A stretch of 61,804 nucleotides of DNA, filler included, from Basidiobolus ranarum (GCA_040143965.1; 5 parts of 5 records of this genome joined end to end with filler, not necessarily neighbours in it), one strand, 5' to 3'. Shown: positions 12,433 to 25,466, numbered from the whole stretch's first letter. Notes: a model not told the origin generated them from the sequence alone. Made by a program: numbers and translations.

Positions 12433-12918
12433 AGACACGAGCAATACCATCACCAACGGAGAGGACACGGCCGGTTTCGTTAATATCAGCGGCATCAGAG
12501 AGGCCAAGGATACGCTCCTCAAGAATGGAAGAAACTTCGGAGGTAGCTAAACATCGATAAATATTATTTTAGCTATCAGGTGTATATATGACGAGTAGGT
12601 GTTTCAATTGAAGCTTACAAGGCTTGGCACCAGCAAGGTTTACGGAAGCAGTAGAGAAAAGTCTAGAAACGGCTCCGGCATTTCTGGCCTTTAATTAATA
12701 AGAGTAAATAACCGAAGTAATGCAACGAGACAATTGTATGGCCAAAATGCTTTTCAAGTGGAATTACTTGAGCGGCTGAAAATGCGCAAGTTCAAAACCG
12801 AAAATAAGCGGTGACTCTGTTTGGGACAGTATAGTGGAAGGTGTATACTTACAACGTAAGGAACCTTGGTAGTAAGGGCTTGACGAACAGCCAAGCGAAG
12901 GGCAGTATTTCTAAGCAT
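12433..12918 (-). CDS. ATP1: Mitochondrial ATP synthase F1 alpha subunit; first three exons, truncated by contig edge
   Basis: Presequence [37 protein letters not shown]..., then '[37 protein letters not shown]'. Confidence 0.93.
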
Positions 12919-13402
12919 ATTTACCAAAGTATTGATAAAGAAGAAAGAGGTGGACCTGGTTCTATGTTGCGTAGAGAGCTGATATTATTATGAAACTAGA
13001 AGAAAATTTAGGCATGACCCTGGTCGACCTACATTCTTCCCCATCACCTCCCACTAATCACCCATGCCATTAATTGTGCTATGACCCAATAATAGCTGAT
13101 TGGATCCAAGTCCCCACTACCTAATGAGATGATGGGGTCAAGAGACTTCGTCCATTATCCATCCATTCTGCAATTACTCTATGGATATTCTCGACAGATT
13201 TGACTAATAATTATCGCATTCAAATTATGGATGTTTAAAGCCATGGAATGATGATTTATATATGGTAAAGTTCTAACTATCAATATTCTCTGGTTGAAAA
13301 AAATTCATCTTCACTAGATTACTATCAAACTTAGTTGATGTCTGAATTTGGCTCTTAACCATCAAACTATATTGTGTCTAGTTGCCGTTAACCTTTACGG
13401 TG

Positions 13403-14092
13403 ATGTTCCAATTTTCGTCGAATCTATGTAAAACTGCTGTGAGGGCAGCTTGTCTGACAGCACGTCCTTGTGTGAATCGTGTACAGCAGGTCCAACAATT
13501 TACTTCAAGTAGGGACAAATTTCTTTTATTTACTCGTAGAGTAACTCAAAACACATGCTAAATATTTTTATTATCAATAGTCTTTCGACAATACAATCAG
13601 AGTGCAATTACTTTGGGTAAGTAAAGAGATATATCTTTATTGTGTTTATCTATGCTAAACATAGCCCCTCTTGTAGCACCAACTCAAATGCAACTACCTC
13701 AAGAAACTTATAGTAAGCAAACACTTAGTGCTGTTAGCTCGCTTCGGGACCAACTACGCTATTACGCCATCGCCGAGATAGCAGGCCGTCCTTTCTTGGT
13801 GACAAAGAACGATGTGGTGGTCGTTGACCATATGAAAGAAGTAGAACTTGGCGATGTTTTAAAATTAAACCGAGTCCGTGAAATTGGTTCTAAAGATTAC
13901 ACTATTCAAGGAAAACCATACGTTTCCTCGGACTTTTATAGTATTCGGGCTACAGTAATCGAACAGCCCAAAGGAAAACAAATTGAAATTATCAAAAAGA
14001 AAAGAAGAAAGGGTTACCAGCGTCGTCTTACCCATAGACAACCATACACAGTTCTCAGAATTTCAGAAGTAGAAGTGAACAAATTGAATTAG
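13403..14092 (+). CDS. MRPL21: Mitochondrial ribosomal protein bL21m (3 exons)
   Basis: 'YAIAEIAGRPFLVTKND...IGSKDYTIQGKPYV...KKKRRKGYQRRLTHRQPYTVLRI' is L21 family; predicted presequence exon starts at ATG 13403. Confidence 0.88.
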
Positions 14093-14240
14093 AACACTCA
14101 TGCTAGCATTATTCTTTCAGATTACTAGTCTCATCAAAATACATATTCTTCAGTAACTCATCAATTCACACCTCAAAATACACATTCTTTAGTAAATCAT
14201 TCATTTTGCCATTCCACTTCTATATTGTGAAATCTACGGT

Positions 14241-14522
14241 CTAACCCTAACCCTAAATTTAAAATTATGTTCGCTTCAAAGAAGTCATGTGATGGGGCTT
14301 TTTGAACAGACAGGGCATCCGTGATGTGGGGAAGAGGTGGCAGTTAGGCGGGAGTATGTGCATTCGTTCCCATAGGCTACTTGAAATTATTTTCTTTTTT
14401 TTGTGAAGATTTTAAAATTCAATATGCGATGGTGATACTTTTTTCAACATTACCCCTCAATTCGAGACTTTTACCCCAAAGCTTTATCCAAAATCCTCCT
14501 AATCACGTGTATTACTAACCCT
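14241..14522. promoter_or_regulatory. Telomere-like boxes (CTAACCCTAACCCTAA; CTAACCCT) and a CACGTG E-box upstream of ATP4
   Basis: Motifs at 14241-14256, 14504-14509 and 14515-14522, upstream of a putative 5'UTR intron (14643-14891); resemble Tbf1 and Cbf1 sites. Confidence 0.4.
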
Positions 14523-14902
14523 GCACTTCAGCAAGAGAAGCCCCAAATTTTGATTCCCCAACCAACAGTAAATTATCAGCAAATTAATACTTCCAAGCAA
14601 CCAAGCATAGTTTACGCTTTGTTGCCGACCAAAGTTTTAAAGGTATTGTGTTCTCGAGCGTGTTTATTTACCAAATACTTAGCTTGTAACTACTCCTGTA
14701 CTTTTTCGTCTACAATTTGAACTACTGGTGAAGACAATATATATATATTTCTTTCGTTGTCATTCTATGAAGCCATTTCTATGTTTGTCATGTATTATTT
14801 TGGTCACTTGTTTGAGAATGCCTTACTTAACTATAACCTTTCGTTTCATTCCAAACAAGCTTTACTGACCCGTTCTTCTTAATTTTTGTAGAATATTTTA
14901 TC

Positions 14903-15779
14903 ATGGCCTTGAGATTAACCAGAACCGCCCCTGGTATGTCCAATATACGTTGTTTATAGGAATTTATTCGGAACAGTACTAAGATTACTTTGTATTTTAT
15001 TAGCTCTTAGAGCCCTTGCTTTAAACTCCTCCATCAACGCTAGACGTTCTGCTGCCGCTACATGGACCAGACATTATTCTACTGGTAAAGAGGGTACGTA
15101 GGATAACATACAGCTTCGTAAAAATTCGAATTTTCGGTATTAAGATTTTTTTCTCATGGATTATTTAGAGAAGCAAGTTGAGCCCCAACAAAAGGCTCAA
15201 AGCATCATTGACTCCCTCCCAGGAAACTCTTTCATCAGCAAGACCGGTTATATTACCGTTGGTGCTGGTCTTATCACCTGGGCTATCTCCAAGGAGATCT
15301 ATGTTTTCAATGAGGAAACCTTAGTTCTTGGTTCTTTCATTGGTATGGTTACTTATCTTCTCAAGATCATGAAGCAACCCTACAACGAATGGGCCGAAGG
15401 TCACATTAACCGTGTCCGTGACATCCTTGTCCAAGCTCGTGAAGACCACAAGGTTTCTGTCAACGAAAGAGTTAACGATGTCAACCAACTCCAAGATATC
15501 GTCGATGTCACCAAGAACCTTTTCCAAATGTCCAAGGAGATGGCTCGTCTTGAAGCCGAAGCTTTCGAGCTTAAGCAAAAATCCGCCGTCTCTGCTGAGT
15601 TAAAGGCTGTTCTTGACTCCTGGGTCAGATATGAGAACTCAGTTCGTGAAAGAGAACAAAAGGAACTTGCCGAGTCAGTCATTGAATCTGTCAAGGCTCA
15701 ACTCCAAGATGCTAAGACCCAAGATCAAATTTTGGCCCAATGCTTCAAGGATGTCGAGAGAATCGCTGGCAAGGCTTAA
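14903..15779 (+). CDS. ATP4: Mitochondrial ATP synthase subunit b (subunit 4), 3 coding exons
   Basis: 'KAQSIIDSLPGNSFISKTG...ISKEIYVFNEET...VLDSWVRYENSVREREQKELA'; presequence MALRLTRTAP... Confidence 0.95.
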
Positions 15780-16988
15780 ATTCTCCACATCTCACATTTA
15801 ACCAACCATTTGTCTTCTTTATTCTCATCCATTACCATTTTCTGAACCACATACACCTATACTTGAAATCTTCTAACCTTTTCATTTTGCATTCTCATGT
15901 TTGACATTCAGTTGTATACTGTTTCTTGCAAAACATAAGGAAACAATTTCTCATTTTCAACCGTAATAAAATTGGTCCAATATGATTCGATCGTTTCCAG
16001 ACATTGGTTCGGTGACGCATTGCGCGTTTTGTTTCAAAGTAATCTACTTTGGTTGTTTTTCATATCCGCCCGCCATCCACCACTGATCTCACCTTGAAAT
16101 TCATTAAAATAAGGTTGGAATGCCCAAGTGTACAGGTACCCAATCGCCTTGACAGAGTTCGAGCCCCAACTGTTGCCATTTCCTGGGCTAGGGTTAAGGT
16201 AAGGATGTCTGGAAGTAAGGATATCTGGATCTAGCATAGGAAGATTCAAGATCTCATGCCAAAAAGTGTGTCATTGCATAGAATGGAAACAATAGTTGGT
16301 ACGCCACGCGTGTGATCTTGTAGTCGATAATACCGTGTGACACTCGAATCAATCAGAGAGGAAATATATCTATTTGTAAACTACTATTCCCATTGGAACC
16401 AATCAAGTGCAGTTATGGAAAGTGGACTAGACTTAAATTAGATTAAAACTTGATACACTTAATTAATTAATGGCGTGAATCTAGTAACTGGGCACTCAGC
16501 TGGCACTCAGCTGGCACACAGCAACCCATTCATCACTTATTGATCGAAGAGCGCTTTAAGCCTAGGGTCGAGCGATACCAACAAAAGAGTTTGTCTTGAT
16601 AGTAATCCTTGACCTCGCCCTTTGAAGTGGAGGGTCTCAAATTGACCGAACAATTATCACTTATGCATTAATAGTGGACGAATCGTATTGTCAGCAAGCA
16701 TTGTTATCTCTTCCCATTGTACTGGATCTTTCCGATACCATAATATAACTAGTCATATCTCAATATTTATAAATCTCAACTGTACCTTAATAGTGGAGTA
16801 CAACAACCTTAAAGTTCACTATATTCCTTTCCCTTTACTCAACTCAGTCGATTTGCTTGGCTCTATCCTACTTCTGTTTACCAGTTTTTGTCTTTTTCCA
16901 TAGGCTTCCCTACCAATCACAGGACCACTTCAAAACTGATATACAACAATATTTTTTAGACTTGAAAGTTTAGTTTCCTTCTGTTATC

Positions 16989-17596
16989 ATGGCTGCCAAA
17001 CTTCCTGACTTGAACGAGCTTTTCAATCCACTTCCTACTTCTAACGAAAAGTTTAGGTATTCTACCGACTTTACTCGAGAGCTCATTGCTGAGTTCGACA
17101 CACAACGTAGAAAAATGCACAAAGAGCTCGAGGCACAACGTATAGCCTTGGTAAGTTTCCCCTTGTCACCATATATAGAATGTACTTTATTTGAGTGAAA
17201 GATTACTTCGCTATTCAACTTGTGTTCACTATTGTCTATTCCTTATTCATATAGGAATCTGGAAACCGGTCCTCCAAGGAGCTTGAGGATACGGAATCGA
17301 TTGAAGAGGATATAACGGAAGATAGTGAGAAAAATTGCCCAAAATCGATGTCTCCAGTCAAAGAACGTAAAGGTGGATACAAATTCAAAACTTTACGCAA
17401 GAATATCCTTCATATGTGGCGTAGCCATGAGGTATCTAGTAAAGAAGAGACTGCTAATATGCGTCGAGCAAAGACCTGGAATGCTAAGGAAACCCCAGAA
17501 AATCTTCGAACCAATGGTGAAAAGAAAGCTAAATTCAGCACTTGGAAGAGTTTCCCCTTCGCGACTTGCACTGAAGATACAACCGTTGATTCGTAA
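16989..17596 (+). CDS. Hypothetical protein, 2 exons (intron 17151-17254), about 167 aa
   Basis: A GTAAGT...ATAG intron joins ORF 16989 in frame to ORF 17348-17596; no family recognised. Confidence 0.55.
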
Positions 17597-18081
17597 AATA
17601 GTTGGGAATTAAACGAGTAGATATCATTCACATTTACTTTTTGCACTGGATGCGGAAGTATTAACGAACTTATTAGCATATCTTTTCTCCAGTTTGTCTA
17701 TTCCCATTTGTAAACACCCTATGGATTCCCACGAGCTAACCCACCCTTTTGATCTGATTAAACTTTACTTACGGACTTACTTAACGGACTTTGCTATGCT
17801 TAACGAATGCTTATAATTGGCAATGGTTGTATGTGTATTTGTATTATGTATTTTTCGATTGGGTGAAACAATGAGGATACATATATGAAAATAGAGGGAA
17901 GATGTTTGAAGATATGAGTAGTGAATGAAAGAATCAATTGAAAGCTCTAATGAACGCTCAAGTGCTTGTGCTGAAAAAAATTACTTGTAAAAGGTAGAAT
18001 TATATGTATGTTCACTTCTATCAAGATAGAACAGAAGTTTACCTTCCAAAAAAATCCCTTTCCTTACAAACTCCTCGTGAT

Positions 18082-18514
18082 TTATGTCTTCTTGTTCTTC
18101 ATAAAGTTGGTGGCTTTAATCTGTTCCTTGTTGATACGTCTATAGTATGCTTTATCGTTAGGATCGTTTCTACGTGCATCCCGTTTTTCGGTATTGAGAA
18201 GATCCCATAACCATTCGGGGTATTCACTTTCAGGCTTGGCAATTGGATCTCCCTTTCCTTTGGTGAAGTTAATCCCCTTCAAGACAGTACCCTCGGGAGC
18301 GGAAGAAGTAGGGAGAGCTTTTTTAGGTTGTGCATCCGAGGCAGCTAAATTGAAAATTCGAATGTTAAGTAAATAAACTATCAAGATATAGTTCTAAAAA
18401 TACATGCTTACCTGGGATTTTGGTAGAGGCACTGATAGTAGAAGTACGGAATAAACGTACGTTATGAATGTTGGCACGTACTGCACTCACGTTTCTTAAC
18501 AAAAAGTTGGACAT
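18082..18514 (-). CDS. MRPL54: Mitochondrial ribosomal protein mL54 (MRPL37-like), 2 exons
   Basis: 'SSAPEGTVLKGINFTKGKGDPIAKPESEYPEWLWDLL...RRINKEQIKATNF'; presequence exon MSNFLLRNVSAVRA. Confidence 0.9.
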
Positions 18515-18783
18515 TTGGAGAATACAATAAATAAAATAATATTCAACGGTAGAAGTTCACTATCGTCAACTGGGACCGTAACTTCACTGCAATCAATCAA
18601 TATTTTTCACTATTTAAAATTTTTCATCCCACTTTGATCATTAGAACAGGGTTATCTTGCTTTTGGAGAAACTCTAACAATAATCAAAAGAAAATAGGAT
18701 GATTTACGCACATGTCTCGATGGTTTTAGACATTGGAATATTGGTAATTTATTATGAAAGTAATACGAAATCTTCGATCATTA

Positions 18784-19689
18784 TTAAATCAAAATACCCA
18801 AATATTCAGCACCTGGATATATCTCCTTGAGTTCTGGCCATTGAACTAAGAATCTATCTACCAATGGATACAATAATTTGCCTGTCAATGAGAGTGTTTT
18901 AACACGAGCGAATGATTCAACATAAACTATTGTCGTATCTTGAATTCCCAACACCTTGAAATTTACACATTGATCAATTGATGATATAGAAATTTGATTG
19001 CTGTGTTGGTGTACATATCATACCTTCAAGACAAGTGCTAATATGCAGATTGGCACACAGCTTCCAGGTCCATTACAAACCACCTATTATCAACAAACTT
19101 AAATTCTGCTTCAAGTAGAGAGTTGGACATATATCAGTAACTTACCAGCTCAGGTCGCTCCGAAAATATAAATTTGACGGAAAACAATAATGCTTTCAAA
19201 ACACTTGGAGGCGTACTAAGCAACGACTGGCCTACTTGACGAGCTCTAGGGATTTTGTATACTCTATACTGTTTGGATGCGTTAGACTTACAATAAGTAG
19301 TCACTATTACCAAAGATGAAGACAGTACCTCTACTCCTTCTAAGCTTCCTTTAGTATTTTCATATTCTTTCACTTTATTCTCACTAAGCGCATCAGAATC
19401 AGCACACACGTAAATTCTTGGCGAATATTTCTTTAGCTCTAGACTGTTGATAAGCTGCAGCATTTCTGCTGTGTGCCCACCTATATGAAATAAGAGAAGA
19501 ATAGATTGTACTTCTAGCATTGACACTTGAGCTGAAAAGAACCTGCATTCTCATACCTGAACCAAGAAAAAACAAGGCTTTGCACGCTTCAACTCGAGGA
19601 TATGGTTTTTTGTAGACAATATGAGACCATATTCTATAGGAGAGGAATAAACCCAAACCCGTGAATAGGATGTATAAGATATACATCAT
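18784..19689 (-). CDS. ALG14: UDP-GlcNAc transferase subunit ALG14 (multi-exon)
   Basis: N-terminal TM; 'FFLGSG|GHTAEM', 'IPRARQVGQS', 'CNGPGSCVP', 'YVESFARVKTLSLTGKLL...FLVQWPEL'. Confidence 0.93.
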
Positions 19690-20637
19690 ACTTGTTTCCT
19701 ATGCCTTTAATCAGTCAAGTATTGTCAACAGAACTAAGGATAATTAGTTTGAATGGTTTTGCATTATTGATGGGAAATAAATCTTATCCGAATAGTTCTA
19801 GCTCGACGAAGTGTACTGTACCAACAAAGTCTAATCAAGTAAAACCATTATGGCTTAAGTTTAAACATATACTAATCAAGTAAAAGTATTCTGGCTTAAA
19901 CCTTAACAATTTATGACAGCATTCTCCAGTTGGTTCTCCAATCTACTCCTTACGGCTTATTGCAGCCTTAACCTTCCATATTGAGATTAATTACGAAGAC
20001 TATTCCTTGGATTCTAAAAGCAAAAAGGATTCTAAAAGCAATAGATTTAACTAACATTCAGTATTGGTCCCTAGCCTGATAACTTCTAAAAATGGACATA
20101 ATTGACCATCTTTTCCACGTGGTTAAACCTATGCAATGAGAAGCCAGGGTCAAAGATCGTGACTAAATATCCATAATACTTGGGGAGTCAGGTGCAGTGA
20201 AGGAACATTCTTTCATTAACATTAAGAGACCTTACTATTGTCACTTTCTCCCTTTAGCACTTTCTCACGTAATGTTACCTTGATGTCAGTTGGATGTGGT
20301 TTTTCTGTTTGGTCGTTCAATCCAATCAGAGCTAAATGGGTGTAATAAAAACGGGGTGATTTTTAAATATGGAAATTTAGATCTGGGAGTTGACGTAACA
20401 GCGATGCAAGATCCTACCTTACAAGATCTAAATACATAAGCTAATGTCAAATAACCTATATGATCGGTCAATACAGAGTACTGTGCCACATCAGTTGCTG
20501 ATAATCAAGTTTCTACAATGAGTTCAATTTGACTTCCTTGGCAGTGCTTGCTTTCCTGTTACAACTGTAGAACTCCTATAAAAGCAGGATTGCCCTCATT
20601 TTCTATACTCATGTTAACTATCACAAATACTATCATC

Positions 20638-21480
20638 ATGTCGAATCTTATGTTGGAAACCCAAACTATCCACAAATTCCCTCATTACGCTGACGCTGAG
20701 GTTGAAATTGAACAGGTGCCAACACTCAAATCGGAAACCAATGTTGAGGAGGCTGATCCCCACCAGGAGCTTCTCCAATTCGTCAGTAAAATCAGCCTAC
20801 CTACCAAGCAGGAGTTCCGAGAGATAGTCCAAGACCGCAAACAATCCACCGAATTGTACTCCACACTCCTAGAGACCTGCAAACAACTAGATGACCTAAC
20901 TTTACAGAGTCAAGATGTGGCTCCTAAATCTGTTGATAATCTACCCCATCATTGGACCGTACTGTGCTCACCTTATCATCAACAAGCTCGCACCATGGCA
21001 CTAAGACAGTTTCACGCTCCTCAATCTTCTTACTTCCTTCCCAATGATGATCAGATGATTTTGGGAATGATTCGTAGTTGGAACGTCTTCCCCGAGAGTG
21101 TCCTAAGCAGCCAACATGGGCGTGAGCGTGTTTTAGCGTGGATCAAAACCCTCTACGTACTAGAACGTGCTGCTATTCGCAATAAGGTTATCGGAGCTCG
21201 TATGAGCCATCGCCACCATCGTAAATTCAATGGTAAACAATTAACTCAAACTCTACTACCACAAGGCTACCCTGTCACTCATCAGATGGTCAAGCGCGCC
21301 GTCTTACTAAGAGATACTAGCAAGCGTAGAGGAAGCTGGGCAAACATGGATAAGGAAAGAAAGTTCTGGACTCATTATCAAGAATCTCTGGTTGAATTGC
21401 GTGAAATGTCTCACCATGAGGCTGAAGCACACCTCACTAAGTTGGTCAAAAAAGACCAAGAGGTCCACGGAAAATTTTAA
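20638..21480 (+). CDS. Hypothetical protein, about 280 aa, intronless
   Basis: Long ORF, ATG 20638 in ATCATG context after TATAAAA at about 20577; no family recognised. Confidence 0.7.
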   Translation: MSNLMLETQTIHKFPHYADAEVEIEQVPTLKSETNVEEADPHQELLQFVSKISLPTKQEFREIVQDRKQSTELYSTLLETCKQLDDLTLQSQDVAPKSVDNLPHHWTVLCSPYHQQARTMALRQFHAPQSSYFLPNDDQMILGMIRSWNVFPESVLSSQHGRERVLAWIKTLYVLERAAIRNKVIGARMSHRHHRKFNGKQLTQTLLPQGYPVTHQMVKRAVLLRDTSKRRGSWANMDKERKFWTHYQESLVELREMSHHEAEAHLTKLVKKDQEVHGKF

Positions 21481-22376
21481 TTGAACCAAGTGTGTATTGA
21501 TTATCTTGAATAGGAATTTTCTTAGTTTTTATAGTAACACATGCAGTTCAATGGCGATTTATTGACTGAATTATGTTGTATATTTGGAGGTTGTTAGATA
21601 GCGGTATTTCATTTTTCTTTTAACAAATTACTTTTCTTGTGACATAAGTTGTCTGCTTAGTATTAACTGATAATGGCCCATTTCTAATTCTGTTAGCAAT
21701 TCCAAAATAAATCAGAACTTAAGCGTATATCTTCAGCTCAAATCATGGATTATTATCAATCTTTATTATGGTTACTAATGAAGTGTTCGGTAAAGGTGAC
21801 TAGTGGCAAGTGATAAAAGCTCTTGAACTGTACTGCATCAAAGAAGCAGTAGAGTCCAGAATGTTAAAACTGTTTAATCAACGAAAGATTAATCAGGGTT
21901 AGTATGGATCTTGGGATTTGGCAGAGGCTAAGACAGGATTAAAGTAAACAAGAGATTGAAATTAACCAGTGGTGAGATGTGTATAACAATATATTCGAAT
22001 GCTGTATTTGTTAAGAAACCTAGGTTGATACTTATTTACATCTTTGTTAGCAAAGCGAATTAGTCAGTCTTTGGAAACATATGGCTCGCTCTAGCAGATA
22101 CAGTTCACATTTAATCTTGATACATTGGGCACAAACTCTGCAGTTGAGACTCTTACAGGACATGAATAGGAGGACGGGTAAAGTTGGTCACTTCGAGTAG
22201 TTGTCACACATTTTATTCGAAGTCATCCCATTTTTCTCAGAAATAAGCTTCCACTGCCCAAGTCAACCATAAGATCAGAATCAGACTAAGTCTGAGTATC
22301 GGTTGCTCTGGCCTTTCTGTCAGTTATGTATACAAAAAGGTTTAAATCTATAAGATTCACCTTGTCCCGTTCCGTT

Positions 22377-23400
22377 CTAAAGCCTGAAGTGCTGCGTACA
22401 TAAGCATCCTCTTCTTTCTAGCGGCTGATTGGATTGCCCTGCACATATATTGCTGTCGATTGTTTTTCGTTTCTTATTCACGTCGCCAATAACTATGCTA
22501 GAGGGCGAATTTGATGATTCTACAAACAAAACTGAGTTTACTTTTGAGTAGTTGATGAATGCTACGTTGACTTCTGTTGATCTGTTGTTGAGGTTTTGCT
22601 TGGCTGATTCCCGAAGTGAGTCCAACTCAAATCCCGTCTTTACTCGATTACCTATGAAACATTGTGGAATGAAATACTGTTGCCTGATACGCTCTTCTGG
22701 TTCAGAGATATATTCTGGTATTCGCACGATCGAGTGTATGAAAACGGGCTTCTGTAAAACCTGGTACACTGCGAGGTGAGGCATGGCTTTCAACACGTCT
22801 ATAGTGATGCCACCATAGAGCTGTTTGGCTATATTGTCAACAGCACGGTCGATGAAACTGGTAAGTGTATCACCGGTCAAGCTGGCGTACAGCTGTCGCC
22901 ATGAAAAGTCTCCAGGAATCTCCATTTTTCCTAACCGAAATAACAGCTCCGCAAATATTCAGATGTGACCACCAGCTAAAAGAAGCCGATCTCTGACTTA
23001 CTTGTGGATCTCAAGCTCATGTATTTCAGGCAGAGCCTTCATGATAAGAAGATGACAGACCTCATCGAGGTGGGTGTGCTGGAGGAGTGGGATGAGGATA
23101 ACATACTTTCGCGCTCCACCCAGTCTCACAGTGCTTAGTAATTGATGTTGGCGCGTACCAACGAAGATCGGCTTGAAGATAAATCTATCACATTCCTGGA
23201 CCATGCTTCGATGATAATCTGACATCATATTAGACAAAAGCTGCGTACTCTCATCGGTGTTCAAAATATATCGGTTTCATCAACGAAAAAGAGCAGAACT
23301 GATTTCGGTTCTAGGTCTTAGAAACATTCGTAAGAGTTTCTTTGACCGAGAGTTCCAACGATTTCCAGTCTGCCTCTAGTTCAAATGTATTGCAATCAAA
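22377..23400 (-). pseudogene. Disrupted P-loop NTPase gene resembling Crinkler-associated (CR-NTPase/STAND-like) proteins
   Basis: Across frameshifts and stops: Walker B 'VLLFFVDET' (about 23273-23300), 'FKPIFVGT', 'VILIPLL', 'LLLAGGHI*IFAELL', then a 182-aa open segment; no Walker A seen. Confidence 0.5.
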
Positions 23401-23855
23401 TCCAGTTAGCAACTCATGGAGATTGGGAAACGCCCACGCTGTTTTGGTTGCTCTTGCAATTTCAAGCTGCCGACAAAGAAGTGCCATTTCGTTCTGATAA
23501 CGGGCTTCTGCTTCCTGACGATGATAATGAGCATGTTATTAAGATTTATGGTAACAGTAATATAATAGACTTGCTCCATTTTATTGAGCTCAACATGTTT
23601 TTTGCAATAAAGCTGTACACTATTGGTTATATTTCTAAATACTATGTGATAGAAGATCCCAACTTTGGCCATTGGCATTTCTTGTTTTGTGTAAATTATA
23701 TCTTCTAGCAACAATCAAATCTCTTGGAATCAATAATAATGGATTTAAGTCTACCAAATTATCAAAAGTCTAATATATAAGTTTTTGTATGTTGACAGCT
23801 ACCACATACTTCATATGTCTAAAGAGGATACTGTTTCTCAGTAATTAATCCTAAC

Positions 23856-23909
23856 CCAATTTCTCTAATTCTCCAAACCACTTCCAACAGGCTCCCAAAT
23901 ACTTCAACA
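23856..23909 (+). mobile_element. 3'-terminal fragment (about 54 bp) of the LTR family
   Basis: 'ccaatttctctaattctccaaaccacttccaacaggctcccaaatacttcaaca' matches the last 54 nt of the copy at 48168-48515. Confidence 0.85.
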
Positions 23910-24623
23910 ATTTGATCATCTACAAACTTGCTTCACTTTCCATAAATCTTTGTATTCCTGAAGTGTTGCAATTATATAATAAAGACTATACAAGCACACA
24001 GAGCAAAAAGATAGCCATCCCTATTGGCCACCAGCACCATAGGACAGATTAAAAATTTAAGTATCTAAATTTACTGCTACAAGTCATCAGAGAACATCAG
24101 TTCAGCGTTTCTACTTTGATAATAAAGAGCTGTGGTAGTAGTTACCAAATGTAACCGTTGATGAAAATCGAATTCAACAGAAAACTGTTGATTTGATCGT
24201 TTCATTCGAGTCTTGTTTGTGATTGATCGTTCTGGTATAACTTTTCAATCGTGATTAATCACTAGGAACTCACTCAGAATGGCAAATTGGCCAATGTAAT
24301 AAATACTTGAATTCCATTATCTTACATCTGAGTACTAGCTATGAGAAGCTCTTTCAATGGGGTTTAGGTTCCTCTATCTCCTCTAACTATAGATGTGGTT
24401 TGCTGGCCTATCAAGACTCAGACGTTCGAGTTGCGGTTATCTAGATAGTTCCAGATTCATCAGTATTTAGCCCAACTTCTGCTTTCCAATTGATGTCTAC
24501 TGCTGACCCATGAAAAGTGACAAGACAAAGCGTATTTAGATTGTTTCTGTTTGCTGACTTTCCTCCACATCATTGACGACTCATCACTCCAATTTCACAT
24601 ACTTCTATGAGATTCCTGCATAG

Positions 24624-24734
24624 TGTTAAAGTATTTGGGAGCCTGTTGGAAGTGGTTTGGAGAATTAGAGAAATTGGTGGTTTTCACTTATTGATTTATT
24701 GAGTATTCAGTTGACATTTATAGTTTTGTCAAGA
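24624..24734 (-). mobile_element. LTR family copy truncated by contig end
   Basis: 'tgttaaagtatttgggagcctgttggaagtggtttggagaattag...' is the reverse complement of the LTR 3' end; the contig breaks inside the repeat. Confidence 0.88.
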
Positions 24735-24834
24735 NNNNNNNNNNNNNNNNNNNNNNNNNNNNNNNNNNNNNNNNNNNNTTAATTAATTAANNNNNNNNNN
24801 NNNNNNNNNNNNNNNNNNNNNNNNNNNNNNNNNN
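24735..24834. other. Artificial contig linker
   Basis: N44-TTAATTAATTAA-N44. Confidence 0.99.
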
Positions 24835-25466
24835 TGACTTTATCTTTGAATATTATATTCTAACTTGGCTTATTTATTTATTGACTTTGTTTAAATTGAT
24901 AAATAAATATTACACCTTCTGGTGTTTATCATCCCCTAACCCTAAGAACAAAGAGAGTACTGCTAGTTTTTTTCATCCCCACGGTGAATATCCAAGTGTT
25001 TCGATAGAACAGAATCTGGTCCATTGCTGAAGTTGTACTTCGATAACTAAATTGAATGGCATTGGGCAATAAGTATCATTTTTCACTACGGTCATGGGTT
25101 CACTGCTATAGGTTGACATTAATACAGTCGTAGATCCATGTTGGTAGTCCAAGATGCTAAAAATCAAGCTTAACTGCGTATCCACCTTTTTACGCGGTTG
25201 GCAACAGGAATGAGAGAAATAATACGTTATGATACTTGTAGCACATGAAGCCAAGAAGCCACACAAGACAGTAAATAGCTACTTACTGGTGCTAGCACCT
25301 GGTTTAAGATAATAGGATATGATTTATTTGATTATATATGTTGCTTTAAATGTAGTCTACTAGCTGTCTATTTTCTGAAGCAAGGCTGAGTGTGTGGTTA
25401 TATGGTTCATACAGAGCCAAAATTAAGATTAAAATGTACATTTGTTTGATGACCCGAGTTCCTGCT

